Notes under the pieces: generated by a model
What the model saw: only the letters and a program-made list of their open reading frames with translations
Database searches by the model: none
What the model was told of the DNA's origin: nothing
Source of the DNA: a bacterium
GTDB lineage: Bacteria; Myxococcota_A; UBA9160; UBA4427
Length of the DNA: 64,000 nucleotides
Assembly: GCA_031413515.1 (NCBI GenBank)
Contig: JANOFF010000048.1
Span: 9,673 to 73,672 of the forward strand
Direction of reading: 5' to 3'
Shown: in pieces, positions 18,111 through 31,326 of the stretch
Layout: each line of letters begins with the position of its first letter
Position numbering within the stretch: position 1 is the stretch's first letter
Position numbers and translations under genes: made by a program

Positions 18111-19189
18111 TACGACTCGAACCTCCGTGTGGCCAGGCCGATCCCCACTCCGAGCGACGGACCGATCTCGTCCAGGTACACCGGGTCGAATCCCTTGCTC
18201 GGCAGCATCCGCGCGAGGGGATTCATCAGCTCGACTTCGAAACCGGTGCGCTGCTTGAAGGAGCCCACGAAGCCAGAGACCCGGGACCCGCCACCACACA
18301 GGAGCACTTTGCCGATGCGCCGGTCTGCGGCAGTCGCCGTGAAGAAGTCGAGTGAGCGCGAGATCTCACCGATCACCGTGTCGGTCACCGAGCGGATCGC
18401 GTGCTCGACCTCCTGGGGCATCACCTCCTGGCTCTGCTCCGATGCGCTGCCGCCGATCTTGAGGCGCTCGGCCTCGTCGAAGCTGATCGACAGGGCCTTC
18501 TGGATCTCTTCCGTGTACTGGTTCCCGCCGGTCGTGATGTCGCGCGTGAAGGCCGGAATCCCGTCCTGCACGACGTTGATGTTCACGACCTGGGCGCCGA
18601 TGTTGACGATCGCGACGACGCCCTGCGGCTCCTGTTCGTAGTTGACCTCGTAGGCGTTCTCGACCGCGAAGGCCGCCACGTCGATCGCCACCGGATTCAA
18701 TCCGGCTTCGGCGATCACCTGACAGTAGTCGTCGATCAGATCCTTCTTTGCGGCGACGAGGAGGACGTCCATCTGCCCCTCGCCCTCGCTGGTGTCCAGG
18801 ATCTGGAAATCGAGATTGACCTCGTTGACGTCGAAGGGGATGTACTGCTCCGCCTCCCACTGGATCTGGTCTTCGAGCTCCTCGCGGGTCATCGCCGGCA
18901 GATTCACCTTCTTCACGATCACGGAGTGTCCGGCGACCGCAGCCGCCACGTCCTTGCCCTTGATCCGGCCGGACTGGATCGCCTCCCGGATCGCTTCGAC
19001 GATCGCGCTCGAGTTGAGGAACGCTCCCTGGACGATGGCCTCGGCGGGCATGCGCGCGATCCCGAGGCTACGCAGCTCGAAGCCCTTGTCCTTTCCCTTC
19101 ATCGCGATCTCGACGGCCTTGACCGAGTTCGACCCGATGTCGAGACCGAGGACGGACTTTCTTCCGAATCCGGGCAGAGCAAATTTCAT
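18110..19189 (-). CDS. pilM: Actin-like ATPase PilM
   Basis: MKFALPGFGRKSVLGLDIGSNSVKAVEI… shows an FtsA/actin-like fold pattern over 359 aa. It is first in the pilMNOPQ order. Confidence 0.95.
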   Translation of the reverse strand: MKFALPGFGRKSVLGLDIGSNSVKAVEIAMKGKDKGFELRSLGIARMPAEAIVQGAFLNSSAIVEAIREAIQSGRIKGKDVAAAVAGHSVIVKKVNLPAMTREELEDQIQWEAEQYIPFDVNEVNLDFQILDTSEGEGQMDVLLVAAKKDLIDDYCQVIAEAGLNPVAIDVAAFAVENAYEVNYEQEPQGVVAIVNIGAQVVNINVVQDGIPAFTRDITTGGNQYTEEIQKALSISFDEAERLKIGGSASEQSQEVMPQEVEHAIRSVTDTVIGEISRSLDFFTATAADRRIGKVLLCGGGSRVSGFVGSFKQRTGFEVELMNPLARMLPSKGFDPVYLDEIGPSLGVGIGLATRRFES

Positions 19190-19208
19190 GATGTTCTCCG
19201 GGTGGTCT

Positions 19209-19490
19209 TCAGTGCCGCGGAAGGTCGACGACGTCGGTCCGCTCGCTCGAGGCCAGTGCGGCCTCCAGTTCGGCGTATCCGAACACGCGATCCTTGTCGG
19301 ACACCTTGAGACCGAGGGCGAGCAGGATCTTTCGCTTCGTGTCGAGGCGGCAGGGTCGACCGGCCTCCACCCGATCGATGGTCAAGGTGGAGAGCCCGGC
19401 CTTCCGGGCCAGTTCCGCCTTGCTCATCATCAGATTCTCTCGATACCGCTGTACGTTGTTGCTCGGCACCCTTCCTCCTCCGCGATCCAT
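19209..19490 (-). CDS. Small XRE-family helix-turn-helix protein immediately upstream of pilM
   Basis: Only the 3' 93 codons of ORF 19209..20315 look real: …NVQRYRENLMMSKAELARKAGLSTLTIDRVEAGRPCRLDTKRKILLALGL…. The start is ATG 19490 or GTG 19469 (the latter follows GGAGGAGGAAGG). It lies 19 nt from the pilM start. Confidence 0.65.
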   Translation of the reverse strand: MDRGGGRVPSNNVQRYRENLMMSKAELARKAGLSTLTIDRVEAGRPCRLDTKRKILLALGLKVSDKDRVFGYAELEAALASSERTDVVDLPRH

Positions 19491-19828
19491 GGCGCGATGG
19501 CCAGCCACGTGGGTCTCGGACTTCCGGACTATCGGCCCGCTGTTTCGGGGACTTGAGAGAACGCGACTCCTGCGCGTTGTGTCGCGAGTCACAGTCCAAC
19601 CGCCGGCAACGCGACGGGGTCGGCTCGGTGCGCCGGATCGAGCGCCGGGTGCCGCCGCCGACTCCGGTCCAGAACCGATGCAGATTCCCCTCATCCGGCG
19701 CAGAGAGGTCGCCGATAGCCCGTTCGGATGCCGAGCGGAATCCCGGGAGCGGGTGCTTCCGGGCGACAGTCGACCATCCATCCGGATGCGCCCGCGAGGC
19801 GATCCGCTCATCACGGCGGAGAGACGGT

Positions 19829-21190
<1,362 letters not shown>

Positions 21191-21211
21191 TCCGACGTCG
21201 CGCCGACGCGT

Positions 21212-22720
21212 TCAACTGGCGCGGCGCACTCCCCGTACGGAGGTCCCGTCGCTTTCGTTCGCGACGGATACGGGAAGTCGCAACACGAAAGCCGCGCCGC
21301 CGAGATCGGTCGAGTCCGCGTAGATCAGCTCTCCACCGATCTCCTGGGCGAATCGCTGTGCGTTCGCGAGGCCGAGCCCGGTTCCGGCACCGGGCGGCTT
21401 GGTGGTGAAGAACGGATCGAAGATCCGTTCGCGATCGGCCACGGGCACGCCCGGACCGTTGTCGGCGACTTCGCACTCGAGGGCGTCATACGCCCGATCC
21501 ACCGGTCCCGCGCGATCGCCGTCCTCTTGCCGCACCCTGAACCACGCCGGCCGGAGAGTCATCCGCACCGTGGGGTGTTCGACCTCGGCAACTGCGTCGG
21601 CCGCATTCACCACCAGATTCAAGAGGATCTGCGACAGCAGACTCTCGTCGGAGTCGACGAGACCGACGCCTTCCACTCGCTCCTGGACGAAGCGGATCTC
21701 ATCGTAACGCGACTGCGCGTCCACGAGCGTCATGACACGATCGAGCACGGGAGCCAGATCGACCGGCACGCGTCGCGGCCGTGGAGCCCGTGAGAAATCG
21801 AGCAGCTGACGCAGGATTTCCCTCACCCGCCCACCCTGTTCGGAGGCACGAGCCAGGTGACTGCGGCCGACTTCTCCGAGCCCCTCGTCCCGCTGTGCGA
21901 GCTGCAGGAATGCGAGCAGTGCGCTCATCGGGTTGCCGACCTCGTGGGCGACCCCTGCTGCGAGACTGCCGACGGCCGCGAGTCTCTCCGCCCGATCGAG
22001 CCCGACCCGAGCGCGCGTCAACTGGGTGTTGGTCTGGCGCAATTCGTCGACGGCCTTTTCGAGAGCGCCGGTACGCTGTTCGAGCGCTTCGCTCATGTCG
22101 TTGAAGACGTGTGCGAGGTCGCGGACCTCCTGCACGCCGTCGACAGCAACTCGAGTTCCCGCTTCGCCCTCGCCGATCGAGCGGACGGCCCCGGCGAGTT
22201 CGAGCAGAGGGGCCACCACCCGGCGCCGCAGCAGATAGCTGCCGAAGGCCGCGAACACGAGCGAGTCGATCAGCAGCATCGCGATGAGTGCGACACGCGA
22301 GACCACAGGTTGGATCCGACCGACCGCGACCGGGCCGCTCGGACCGACTCCGACGGGCAGTGCGATCTCGATCGGTTCCCAGGGTGCGCCGCTTTGCAGG
22401 ACGCTTCGATTACGAGTGCGGGCGTCCTCGGCGAGCCTGACGAGTGAAGGATCGATCAGTCCGGCTCCGGCGCTCCGCTCGGACACCTGCCCTCCCGGAG
22501 AGACGCTCCACCAATCGACGCCATCGGACACGCCGCCGAGCATGAACCGCGGCGACCGCGCTTCGTCGATCAGACCGCGGGCCACCAACGGGCGCAGACG
22601 CGAAATCTGCTCGGCGTGGGACCGCAGCAGGAAGGCCGAGAGCAGCGTCGTCGCGGTCACCATGACGATCGCGAGGCTGATCACCACCTCGGTGCGCAGG
22701 CCTCCGCCGCGGGTCGCCAC
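21212..22720 (-). CDS. Sensor histidine kinase (2 TM, HAMP, HisKA, HATPase; PilS2-like)
   Basis: The H-box is [14 protein letters not shown]. The ATPase motifs are …VADNGPGVP… and [20 protein letters not shown]. The GTG start lies 15 nt after the pilR stop and follows GAGGGAG. Confidence 0.85.
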   Translation of the reverse strand: MATRGGGLRTEVVISLAIVMVTATTLLSAFLLRSHAEQISRLRPLVARGLIDEARSPRFMLGGVSDGVDWWSVSPGGQVSERSAGAGLIDPSLVRLAEDARTRNRSVLQSGAPWEPIEIALPVGVGPSGPVAVGRIQPVVSRVALIAMLLIDSLVFAAFGSYLLRRRVVAPLLELAGAVRSIGEGEAGTRVAVDGVQEVRDLAHVFNDMSEALEQRTGALEKAVDELRQTNTQLTRARVGLDRAERLAAVGSLAAGVAHEVGNPMSALLAFLQLAQRDEGLGEVGRSHLARASEQGGRVREILRQLLDFSRAPRPRRVPVDLAPVLDRVMTLVDAQSRYDEIRFVQERVEGVGLVDSDESLLSQILLNLVVNAADAVAEVEHPTVRMTLRPAWFRVRQEDGDRAGPVDRAYDALECEVADNGPGVPVADRERIFDPFFTTKPPGAGTGLGLANAQRFAQEIGGELIYADSTDLGGAAFVLRLPVSVANESDGTSVRGVRRAS

Positions 22721-22735
22721 GTCGCGCGCTCCCTC

Positions 22736-24123
<1,388 letters not shown>

Positions 24124-24127
<4 letters not shown>

Positions 24128-25875
24128 CTGTGCTCCTGCACACCGGGCAGCCATACCCGGATCCGGGTTCCGGCGCCCAGTTCGCTGTCGATCTCCACGG
24201 ATCCACCATGGCTTTCCGCGATCCGATACACGGTCGCCAGTCCCAGACCGGTTCCGGCCCGCTTCGTGGTGAAGAACGGCTCGAACAGTCGTTCCTGCAC
24301 GGCGGCCGACATGCCTTCTCCCGTGTCGGAGACGCCGATCCCGACCCGCATCGATCCGACGCGGCCCGCCGGCCTGCCTTCGTTACGGCTCGGGGACGCA
24401 GGTGCTTGAGCAGGATCCCCGGGCGCTTCGACGGCACCGAGCACCAGCCGGCCGCCCAGCGGCATCGCCTCCAGCCCATTGACCGCGAGATTCCAGATCA
24501 CCTGACGCAGCTGATCCGGATCGGCCTGGACGCAGAGTTCGGCGGGCGCTTCGACGCTGATCTCGATGTTCTCGGGTCGCATGCCTTCCAGCAGTTCGGC
24601 CACCTCGGCGAGAACCGCTCGCGCGGCGATGCGCTTGATGTTCGGCGGCGCCGGACGCGAGTACAGCAGGAAGTCGGTGATCAGTCCGTTCAGCCGATCG
24701 GTCTCGCGCACCACGATATCCATCAATCGGCCGGACTCCCGGTCCGCCGCCGTCGCCTCGCTGCTTGCGGAACGAAGGATCTGGATCGATCCCGAGATCG
24801 ATGCCAGCGGATTGCGGATCTCGTGGGCGATCTTCGCCGCCATTTCGCCCACCGCGGCCAATCTCTCCGAACTCCGCAGCTCGCGCTCCATGGCGACGAC
24901 CTCGGTGACGTCCTGGAAGATCACGACGTGGCCCTCCGGCCCTTCGTCGCTCCGTAGAATCGAGGCCGCGACGCCGAGATGCAGATCGCGACCTACGGCG
25001 TTGCGATAGCGGAGACGTCCCCGTGGAAGCGCAGGCCGATCCGAGGGGCGTTCATGCTTCTGGATCAGTTCGAGGGCTCCAGGAATGATCCGGTCGACGG
25101 GCCGACCGAACACCATCTGGCTCGACAGCCCGGTGATCCGTTCCGCTTCGGGATTGAACGATGTGATCGAACCCCCGGCGTCCAGCGTCATCAGGCCGCT
25201 CATGAGGCTCTCGACGGTCCTTTGATGCAGATCTCGCAGTTGGCGGAGATCATGCGTGCTCTGGTCCAGGGCTCGCCCGGTCCGTTGGAGTTCGCTCGAG
25301 AGCAGGCTGGCGAGCACACCCACGAGATACAGCGCACCCACGTGCACCGCCCAGATCGCGACCAGCGCAGCGGGCGGAAGCAGATCTCCTCCGTTGTCCC
25401 CCCATCCCTCGATCAACCCTGCACGCGTGGCGAACAACAGAGTCCCATAGGCAGCCGCGCTGAGAGAGGCTCCGATCATCGCCCCGCGTCGTTGGAAGAG
25501 AACGGCGCCGTAGAGCGTGACGACCACATACAGAAACGTGAAGATCGACTCGCGCCCGCCGGAGTAGTGGACGAGCGAGGTCACGATCGCGACGTCGGTC
25601 GCCAGCTGGACCACGACGAAGTGTCGCAGCAGACGCGCACGCGCCAGTGCGAGGGCAGAGACCACGGTGGTCGCAAACGCCGCGGCCACCGTCACGTACA
25701 ATCCCTGACGCGCACCGGCCGGCAGCTCGCGCCCGAGACCATCGAGCGCGACTGCGATCCCGAAGCTCAGCACGGTCAGCGAGAGATGCGCGAACAGCAA
25801 CCGCACCAGCTGCTGGCGTGTCCCCGCGTCCGCCGCCGAGACTGCCCCTCCCTCGGCCGTCGGCGCGTCGCTCAT
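24124..25875 (-). CDS. pilS: Sensor histidine kinase PilS
   Basis: It has an N-terminal domain of about 6 TM helices, a PAS domain, an H-box (AAKIAHEIRNPLASISG) and an HATPase domain (…GTGLGLATVYRIAESHGGSVEI…). It sits between pilC and pilR. Confidence 0.85.
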
Positions 25876-25894
25876 GCGGGTTCCCGTGGCTCGA

Positions 25895-27106
25895 TCACTT
25901 GACGGCGTCGGCGATCGTGAAGATCGGCAGATACATGGCGATCAGGATCGTTCCGATCGAACCACCCATGAAGACCATCATGATGGGTTCGAGCATCGAG
26001 GTGAGGGCTCCGACCGCGGTATCCACTTCGTCGTCGTAGAAGTCCGCGATCTTGCTCAACATGATCTCCATCGAGCCCGTCTCTTCACCCACGGCGATCA
26101 TCTGGACCATCATGCCGGGGAATACCTTCGAACCCCGGAGAGGCTCGGCGATCGTCTTGCCCTCGGAGATCGCGGATCGCGTCTGCTGCAGCTCCTCTTC
26201 GATCACCATGTTTCCGGCGGTTCGCGCCACGATATCGAGGCCGTCGAGGATCGGAACGCCGCTCGCGATCATCGTGCCGAGTGTGCGAGTGAAGCGGGCG
26301 ACCGCGACCTTCTTGATGATGTTGCCGAAGACCGGCAGGTGCAGCGCCAGGGCATCCGTCTTGTAGCGGAAGGGGAGACTGCGTGCGCGGCCCTGACCGA
26401 AGGCACTGAACAGGGCCATGGACCCACCGATCAGATACTGGATGTAGGCCTGCAGCCATTCGCTCATGTTGATGACCATCTGCGTCGGCGCGGGCAGGGT
26501 CCCCCCGAAGTCCTGGAACATCTTCTGGAAGACCGGAATCACCTTCACGAGAAGCAGGACGATGCAGGCCACCGCGATCGTGCTGACCGTCGCCGGGTAG
26601 ACCATCGCGCCCTTCAGCTGCTTCTGGAGCTTGTCCTGCTTCTCGAGCTGGACGGCCAGACGATTCAAGATCGTGTCGAGGATGCCTCCGACCTCGCCTG
26701 CAGCCACCAGATTGACGTACAGCGAGTCGAAGATCTTCGGGTGCTTCGCCAGTGACTCGGCGAAGGTGGCACCCGATTCGACATCGCCCCGCACGTCATT
26801 GATTGCACGCTTGAAGGTCGGATTCTCCTCCTGGTCGCCGAGGATCTGGAGACACTGTACGAGCGGAAGACCGGCATCGACCATCACGGAGAATTGTCGT
26901 GTGAAGACGACGAGATCCTTCACCTTCACCTTCGGCTTCAGAAAGGTCAGGAACTCGCTGATGTCCTTCGGCTTCTCCTTGACCTTGCCCGGCACGATGC
27001 CCTGGGAGCGCAGCTGGGCGATGACGGCCTCGGAGCTTCGCGCTTCGAGTTCGCCCTTTTTGCTCGCCCCGTCCCGGGTCTTGCCACTCCAGATATAGAC
27101 ACTCAT
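25895..27106 (-). CDS. pilC: Type IV pilus platform protein PilC (GspF family)
   Basis: Trimmed to ATG 27106 (MSVYIWSGKTRDGASKKGELEARSSEAVIAQLRSQGI…). It has duplicated GspF domains and the C-terminal …MYLPIFTIADAV. Confidence 0.95.
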   Translation of the reverse strand: MSVYIWSGKTRDGASKKGELEARSSEAVIAQLRSQGIVPGKVKEKPKDISEFLTFLKPKVKVKDLVVFTRQFSVMVDAGLPLVQCLQILGDQEENPTFKRAINDVRGDVESGATFAESLAKHPKIFDSLYVNLVAAGEVGGILDTILNRLAVQLEKQDKLQKQLKGAMVYPATVSTIAVACIVLLLVKVIPVFQKMFQDFGGTLPAPTQMVINMSEWLQAYIQYLIGGSMALFSAFGQGRARSLPFRYKTDALALHLPVFGNIIKKVAVARFTRTLGTMIASGVPILDGLDIVARTAGNMVIEEELQQTRSAISEGKTIAEPLRGSKVFPGMMVQMIAVGEETGSMEIMLSKIADFYDDEVDTAVGALTSMLEPIMMVFMGGSIGTILIAMYLPIFTIADAVK

Positions 27107-27172
27107 CGTCTTCGACTCCCCGCCGGTGATGCCGGCGTCTGCGCCCGAGGGCACACTCGAACCAACGTCCGA

Positions 27173-28273
27173 TCAGCTCGCTGCCGATCGCTGTCCACCG
27201 GGACCGGTATTCCCCTTGACGATGAGCTGCTTCAGCTCCTCGACATCGGCACTCCGACCCATGGCATCGTCCATCGAAACGAGCCGCTTCTGGACCAGTG
27301 ACGCCAGGCACTGGTTCATCGTCTGCATGCCGAACTTGTTCTGTCCGATCTGCATGGACGAGTACAGCTGATGGATCTTGTCCTCGCGGATCAGATTGCG
27401 GATGGCCGCGTTCGGCACCATGACTTCGATCGCAAGCGCACGACCCGGTCCGTTCGCCCTCGGCAGAAGCGTCTGGCAGCAGATGCCCTCCAGCACGAAC
27501 GACAGCTGCTGGCGGATCTGCGACTGCTGGTAGGGCGGGAACACGTCGACGATGCGGTTGATCGTCTGGACCGCAGAGTTCGTGTGAAGCGTGGCGAACG
27601 CTAGATGGCCTGTCTCGGCGACGGTGAGTGCGGCCTCGATGGTTTCGAGATCGCGCAGCTCGCCGATCAGGACCACGTCGGGATCCTGCCGCAGGATGTA
27701 CTTCAGCGCGGTCTTGAAGCCGCTGGTATCGGCGCCGATCTCGCGCTGATTGACCACGCAACCCTTGTGCGGATGCAGGTACTCGATCGGATCCTCGATC
27801 GTCACGATGTGCTCGCTGCGCTCCTGATTGATGCGGTCGATCATGGTCGCGAGGGTGGTGGACTTGCCCGAACCCGTGGGACCAGTGACCAGGACGAGCC
27901 CGCGTGGCTTGCGAGAGAGGTCGAGCAGGATCGGCGGCAGGCCGAGCTGCTCGAAGGTCATGATCTTGAACGGAATCGCGCGGAACGCGCCAGCGACGTT
28001 CCCCCTCTGAACGAAGACGTTGCCGCGGAAGCGCGACAGCTTCTGCACGCTGAACGAAAGGTCGAGCTCGTTGGTTTCCTCGAACTTGTGCTTCTGCGCG
28101 TCCGTGAGCACCGAGTAGCAGAGCTGCTTGGTCTCTTGCGGCGACATCGGCGGCATCTTGAGCGGGCAGAGCTTCCCATCGATCCGCAGCTGCGGCGGCG
28201 TACCGGTGGTGATGTGGAGATCGCTCGCTCCCTTCTCGATCATCGCCTTGAGGAGCTGGTGCATGTTGGCCAT
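27173..28273 (-). CDS. pilT: Twitching-motility retraction ATPase PilT
   Basis: MANMHQLLKAMIEKGASDLHITTGTPPQLRIDGKL…GPTGSGKSTTLA…AIRNLIREDKIHQ is canonical PilT, including the AIRNLIRE motif. Confidence 0.95.
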   Translation of the reverse strand: MANMHQLLKAMIEKGASDLHITTGTPPQLRIDGKLCPLKMPPMSPQETKQLCYSVLTDAQKHKFEETNELDLSFSVQKLSRFRGNVFVQRGNVAGAFRAIPFKIMTFEQLGLPPILLDLSRKPRGLVLVTGPTGSGKSTTLATMIDRINQERSEHIVTIEDPIEYLHPHKGCVVNQREIGADTSGFKTALKYILRQDPDVVLIGELRDLETIEAALTVAETGHLAFATLHTNSAVQTINRIVDVFPPYQQSQIRQQLSFVLEGICCQTLLPRANGPGRALAIEVMVPNAAIRNLIREDKIHQLYSSMQIGQNKFGMQTMNQCLASLVQKRLVSMDDAMGRSADVEELKQLIVKGNTGPGGQRSAAS

Positions 28274-28323
28274 GGAGGTCTAGTCCTTGCTCTTGCTCTT
28301 GATGGAGTTGCGATCGGAGGAGA

Positions 28324-30027
28324 TCAGAATGAGTCCGAGGTCGACACGCGGTAGACCTCGCTGAGAGTCGTGACGCCCTTCAGCATCATGTTGAGGACGC
28401 TTCGGCGAAGCGTGATCATGCCGCCGCGGATCGCCTCCCGTTTGATCTCGGCCGTGGAGGCACCGTTCAGCACGAACTCCTTGAGTTCGTCGGTCATCAC
28501 CATGACCTCGTAGACTGCCACGCGACCCTTGAAGCCGGTGTCCGAGCAGTTCCCACAACCCGCCCCCTTCTTCGGTTGGAATCCCGACAGCTCCGCCTCC
28601 TTCAGCCCGGCGGACAGCAGATCCTCCTTCGTCACTTCGGGATCATCCTGGACGCAGCCGGTGCAGATCCGGCGGGCCAGGCGCTGGGCGACGATGCAGT
28701 TCACCGCCGACGCGACGAGGAACGGCTCGATGCCCATGTTGAGCAGCCGATTCACCGTCGAGGGCGCGTCGTTGGTGTGCAGTGTCGAAAGCACCATGTG
28801 GCCGGTGAGCGCGGCCTTGACCGCGATCTCGGCGGTCTCGAAGTCCCGGATCTCGCCCACCATGATGATGTCGGGGTCCTGCCGCAGGAACGAGCGGAGG
28901 GCGGCTGCGAAATTCAGTCCGATGTCCTCGTGCATCTGGACCTGATTGATGCCGCTGAGGTTGAACTCGACCGGATCCTCCGCGGTCGAGACGTTCTCGC
29001 TGATCTTGTTCAACTCGGAGAGCGCTGAATAGAGGGTCGTCGTCTTGCCCGAACCGGTGGGTCCGGTGACCAGGACCATCCCGAACGGCAGGTGGATGCT
29101 CTTCTTGAAGTGCGTGAGCTGGTCGACCTCGAATCCCAGCTTGGTCATGTCGAGCTGCAGATTGCCCTTGTCGAGGAGCCGCATGACGATCTTCTCGCCG
29201 AACAGCGTGGGCAGGACGGAGACGCGGAAGTCCATCTCCTTGCCCTTGCCGAGCTTCAGCTTGATGCGTCCGTCCTGCGGCAGACGCCGCTCGGCGATGT
29301 CGAGCTCGCTCATGATCTTCATGCGCGAAGTGATCGCGTTCTTGAGCTTCAGCGGGGGTTTCATCACCTCGTAGAGCAGACCGTCGATCCGGTACCGCAC
29401 ACGGAAGCTCTTCTCGTACGGCTCGACGTGGATGTCCGAGGCGTTCTTCTTGATCGCGTCGGTCAGGATCAGGTTCACGAGCTTGACGACCGGCGCGTCC
29501 TCGGCTTCGCGGCCGGCGGCCTTCGCGTCGAACTGGTCCTCATCGGTGACGAAGTCGATGCCGGCGTCGTCAAAACCGGCCATCACCTCGTCGAGCAGAT
29601 CTTCCTTCTCGTAGAAGGTCTCGATCGCCCGGCGGATCGCTTCCTCGGACGCCACGACGGGCTGGATGTTGTATCCGGTGAGGAACTTGATGTCGTCGAG
29701 CGCGAAGATGTTCGAGGGATCGGCGGTCGCGAGGATCAACGTCGAGCCCGCTCGATTCACCGGCACGACGTTGTGCTTCTGGGCGACCTCCTGGGGGATC
29801 AGCTGGACCACCTCGGGATCGATCTCGAAGTCGTCGAGATTGATCGAGGGAACGCCGTACTGCTTGGCGACGAACTCGGTCAACTCCTCTTCGTCCAGGA
29901 AGCCGAGCTGTGTGATCTGCGAGCCGAGGCGTTGGCCTTTGGAAGCCGCCTGTTCGCGCGCCTTGGTGAGCTGTTCCGCGGAGAGGAGATTCTCCCTGAC
30001 CAGCAATTCTCCGATGCGCTCGTTCAA
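28324..30027 (-). CDS. pilB: Type IV pilus extension ATPase PilB
   Basis: ORF 28324..30138 trimmed to TTG 30027 after GGGGAGGGG (LNERIGELLVRENLLSAEQLTKAREQ…). It has a GSPII N-domain, Walker A (GPTGSGKTTTLY) and a tetracysteine motif (CTGC…CGNC). At 567 aa it is typical of PilB. Confidence 0.95.
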   Translation of the reverse strand: MNERIGELLVRENLLSAEQLTKAREQAASKGQRLGSQITQLGFLDEEELTEFVAKQYGVPSINLDDFEIDPEVVQLIPQEVAQKHNVVPVNRAGSTLILATADPSNIFALDDIKFLTGYNIQPVVASEEAIRRAIETFYEKEDLLDEVMAGFDDAGIDFVTDEDQFDAKAAGREAEDAPVVKLVNLILTDAIKKNASDIHVEPYEKSFRVRYRIDGLLYEVMKPPLKLKNAITSRMKIMSELDIAERRLPQDGRIKLKLGKGKEMDFRVSVLPTLFGEKIVMRLLDKGNLQLDMTKLGFEVDQLTHFKKSIHLPFGMVLVTGPTGSGKTTTLYSALSELNKISENVSTAEDPVEFNLSGINQVQMHEDIGLNFAAALRSFLRQDPDIIMVGEIRDFETAEIAVKAALTGHMVLSTLHTNDAPSTVNRLLNMGIEPFLVASAVNCIVAQRLARRICTGCVQDDPEVTKEDLLSAGLKEAELSGFQPKKGAGCGNCSDTGFKGRVAVYEVMVMTDELKEFVLNGASTAEIKREAIRGGMITLRRSVLNMMLKGVTTLSEVYRVSTSDSF

Positions 30028-30231
30028 GCCCCCGCCCCTCCCCTGGACCGATCGCCACCTCGCCGCCCCACCCGACGCCCACCTGGGCGCGCAGGGGCTA
30101 CCCGAGGCGTTCTCCTGCCACTGGCAAAAGAAACGCAATCTCGCCGGGTTATCGGCGGGCTCCAGGCGGATCTTTACCCGCGGCTGGATCTTCGATCGGG
30201 GCAGGCGCCGTCGATCGGGGCCGGCGCTGAT

Positions 30232-31326
30232 TCAGTCCCCGTCCGTGTGGCTCACCAGTTCGGAGAGGCTGGTGTGCGACTTGCGCAGGAAGAACAAGCC
30301 CTGGAGGGTCAGTGTCAGCCAGAACACGAACCAGACGAGAACCCCCATTGCGAGGGCCGTCGCGGGATCCACCCCGAAGCGGACCAGCGTCGCCTTGAAG
30401 GCGAGTTGATAGGGGCCGATGAATCCCGGCGCCGAGGGGATGGCGACCGCGACGCCGACCGCGCTGAGGACGATCCAGCTGGCCACCAGCGTGTCGATCG
30501 GTGAGCCGAGATCGACGTCGAACGCCCAGATGGCGATCAGGACCGGGGCGACCGACAGCACCAGCCAGATCGTGATCGAGTGCAGCACGATCCAGAAGAG
30601 GTGCGACCCGCCGCTCAGTGCGCCGAGCCCGTTGATGAAGCTGCGAAGCATGCTCTGCGCGCGTTCACGCACGCGCGCGGGCAATGGCTGCAGGCAGACC
30701 CGCGCCACCGCGATCACCCGTTCCGGCGCCATCCGCATCGCGATCAACACGAGCAGCGGGGCCAACGCGACGGGCATCAGCAGGATCGATCCCTCCGCGA
30801 GCACTCCGCCCACATCGGAAGAAGTCCCGACATACGCGAGTGAACCTGCGGCCAGCACGAGCACGGCGACCACATCGAGCACCCGCTCGAGCACGACCGT
30901 GCCGACCACCGCGCCGAACGACGTGTGGGTGTCCTGGGACAGCGTCCACGACCGCACGAACTCACCGACTCGCAGGGGAAGCAGGTTGTTGACCATGAAT
31001 CCGAGTGACTGGGACCGGAACAGCAGACTCCGGGGCATCGGAGCGATCGTCTTCGTCAGATGGCGCCAACGAAGGGCCCGGTAGTAGACGCTGAGGGTGT
31101 AGAACGGAGCCGACAGCACCAGCATCGACCAGAAATCCGCGCGGCGCATGGATTCGACGACGTCGGACATGGGGATGCCCCGGGCAGCCCACACCACGCA
31201 GACCACGGTGATCGCCAGACCTGCCCAGATCCGCCAATCGAGCAGACGCGAGCGAATCGGCCGCGGTGCTCCGCCACGCCCCCCCACGCGCACCGCCTCG
31301 TCGGATTCCGTCGGCTCGGACTTCAC
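30232..31326 (-). CDS. Flippase-like / lysyl-phosphatidylglycerol-synthase TM-region family (UPF0104) membrane protein
   Basis: A polytopic membrane protein (…WAGLAITVVCVVWAARGIPMSDVVESMRRADFW…YYRALRWRHL…). Its start is most likely GTG 31326, overlapping the repaired ribF stop (GTGA). The ORF-track ATG at 31365 is the alternative. Confidence 0.7.
   Translation of the reverse strand: MKSEPTESDEAVRVGGRGGAPRPIRSRLLDWRIWAGLAITVVCVVWAARGIPMSDVVESMRRADFWSMLVLSAPFYTLSVYYRALRWRHLTKTIAPMPRSLLFRSQSLGFMVNNLLPLRVGEFVRSWTLSQDTHTSFGAVVGTVVLERVLDVVAVLVLAAGSLAYVGTSSDVGGVLAEGSILLMPVALAPLLVLIAMRMAPERVIAVARVCLQPLPARVRERAQSMLRSFINGLGALSGGSHLFWIVLHSITIWLVLSVAPVLIAIWAFDVDLGSPIDTLVASWIVLSAVGVAVAIPSAPGFIGPYQLAFKATLVRFGVDPATALAMGVLVWFVFWLTLTLQGLFFLRKSHTSLSELVSHTDGD

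Noticed and set aside
21191-21211. A small hairpin (CGTCG-CGC-CGACG) in the 21-nt gap between the convergent EBP and kinase genes.
   Set aside because: It has only a 5-bp stem and no U-tract, which is too weak to call a terminator.
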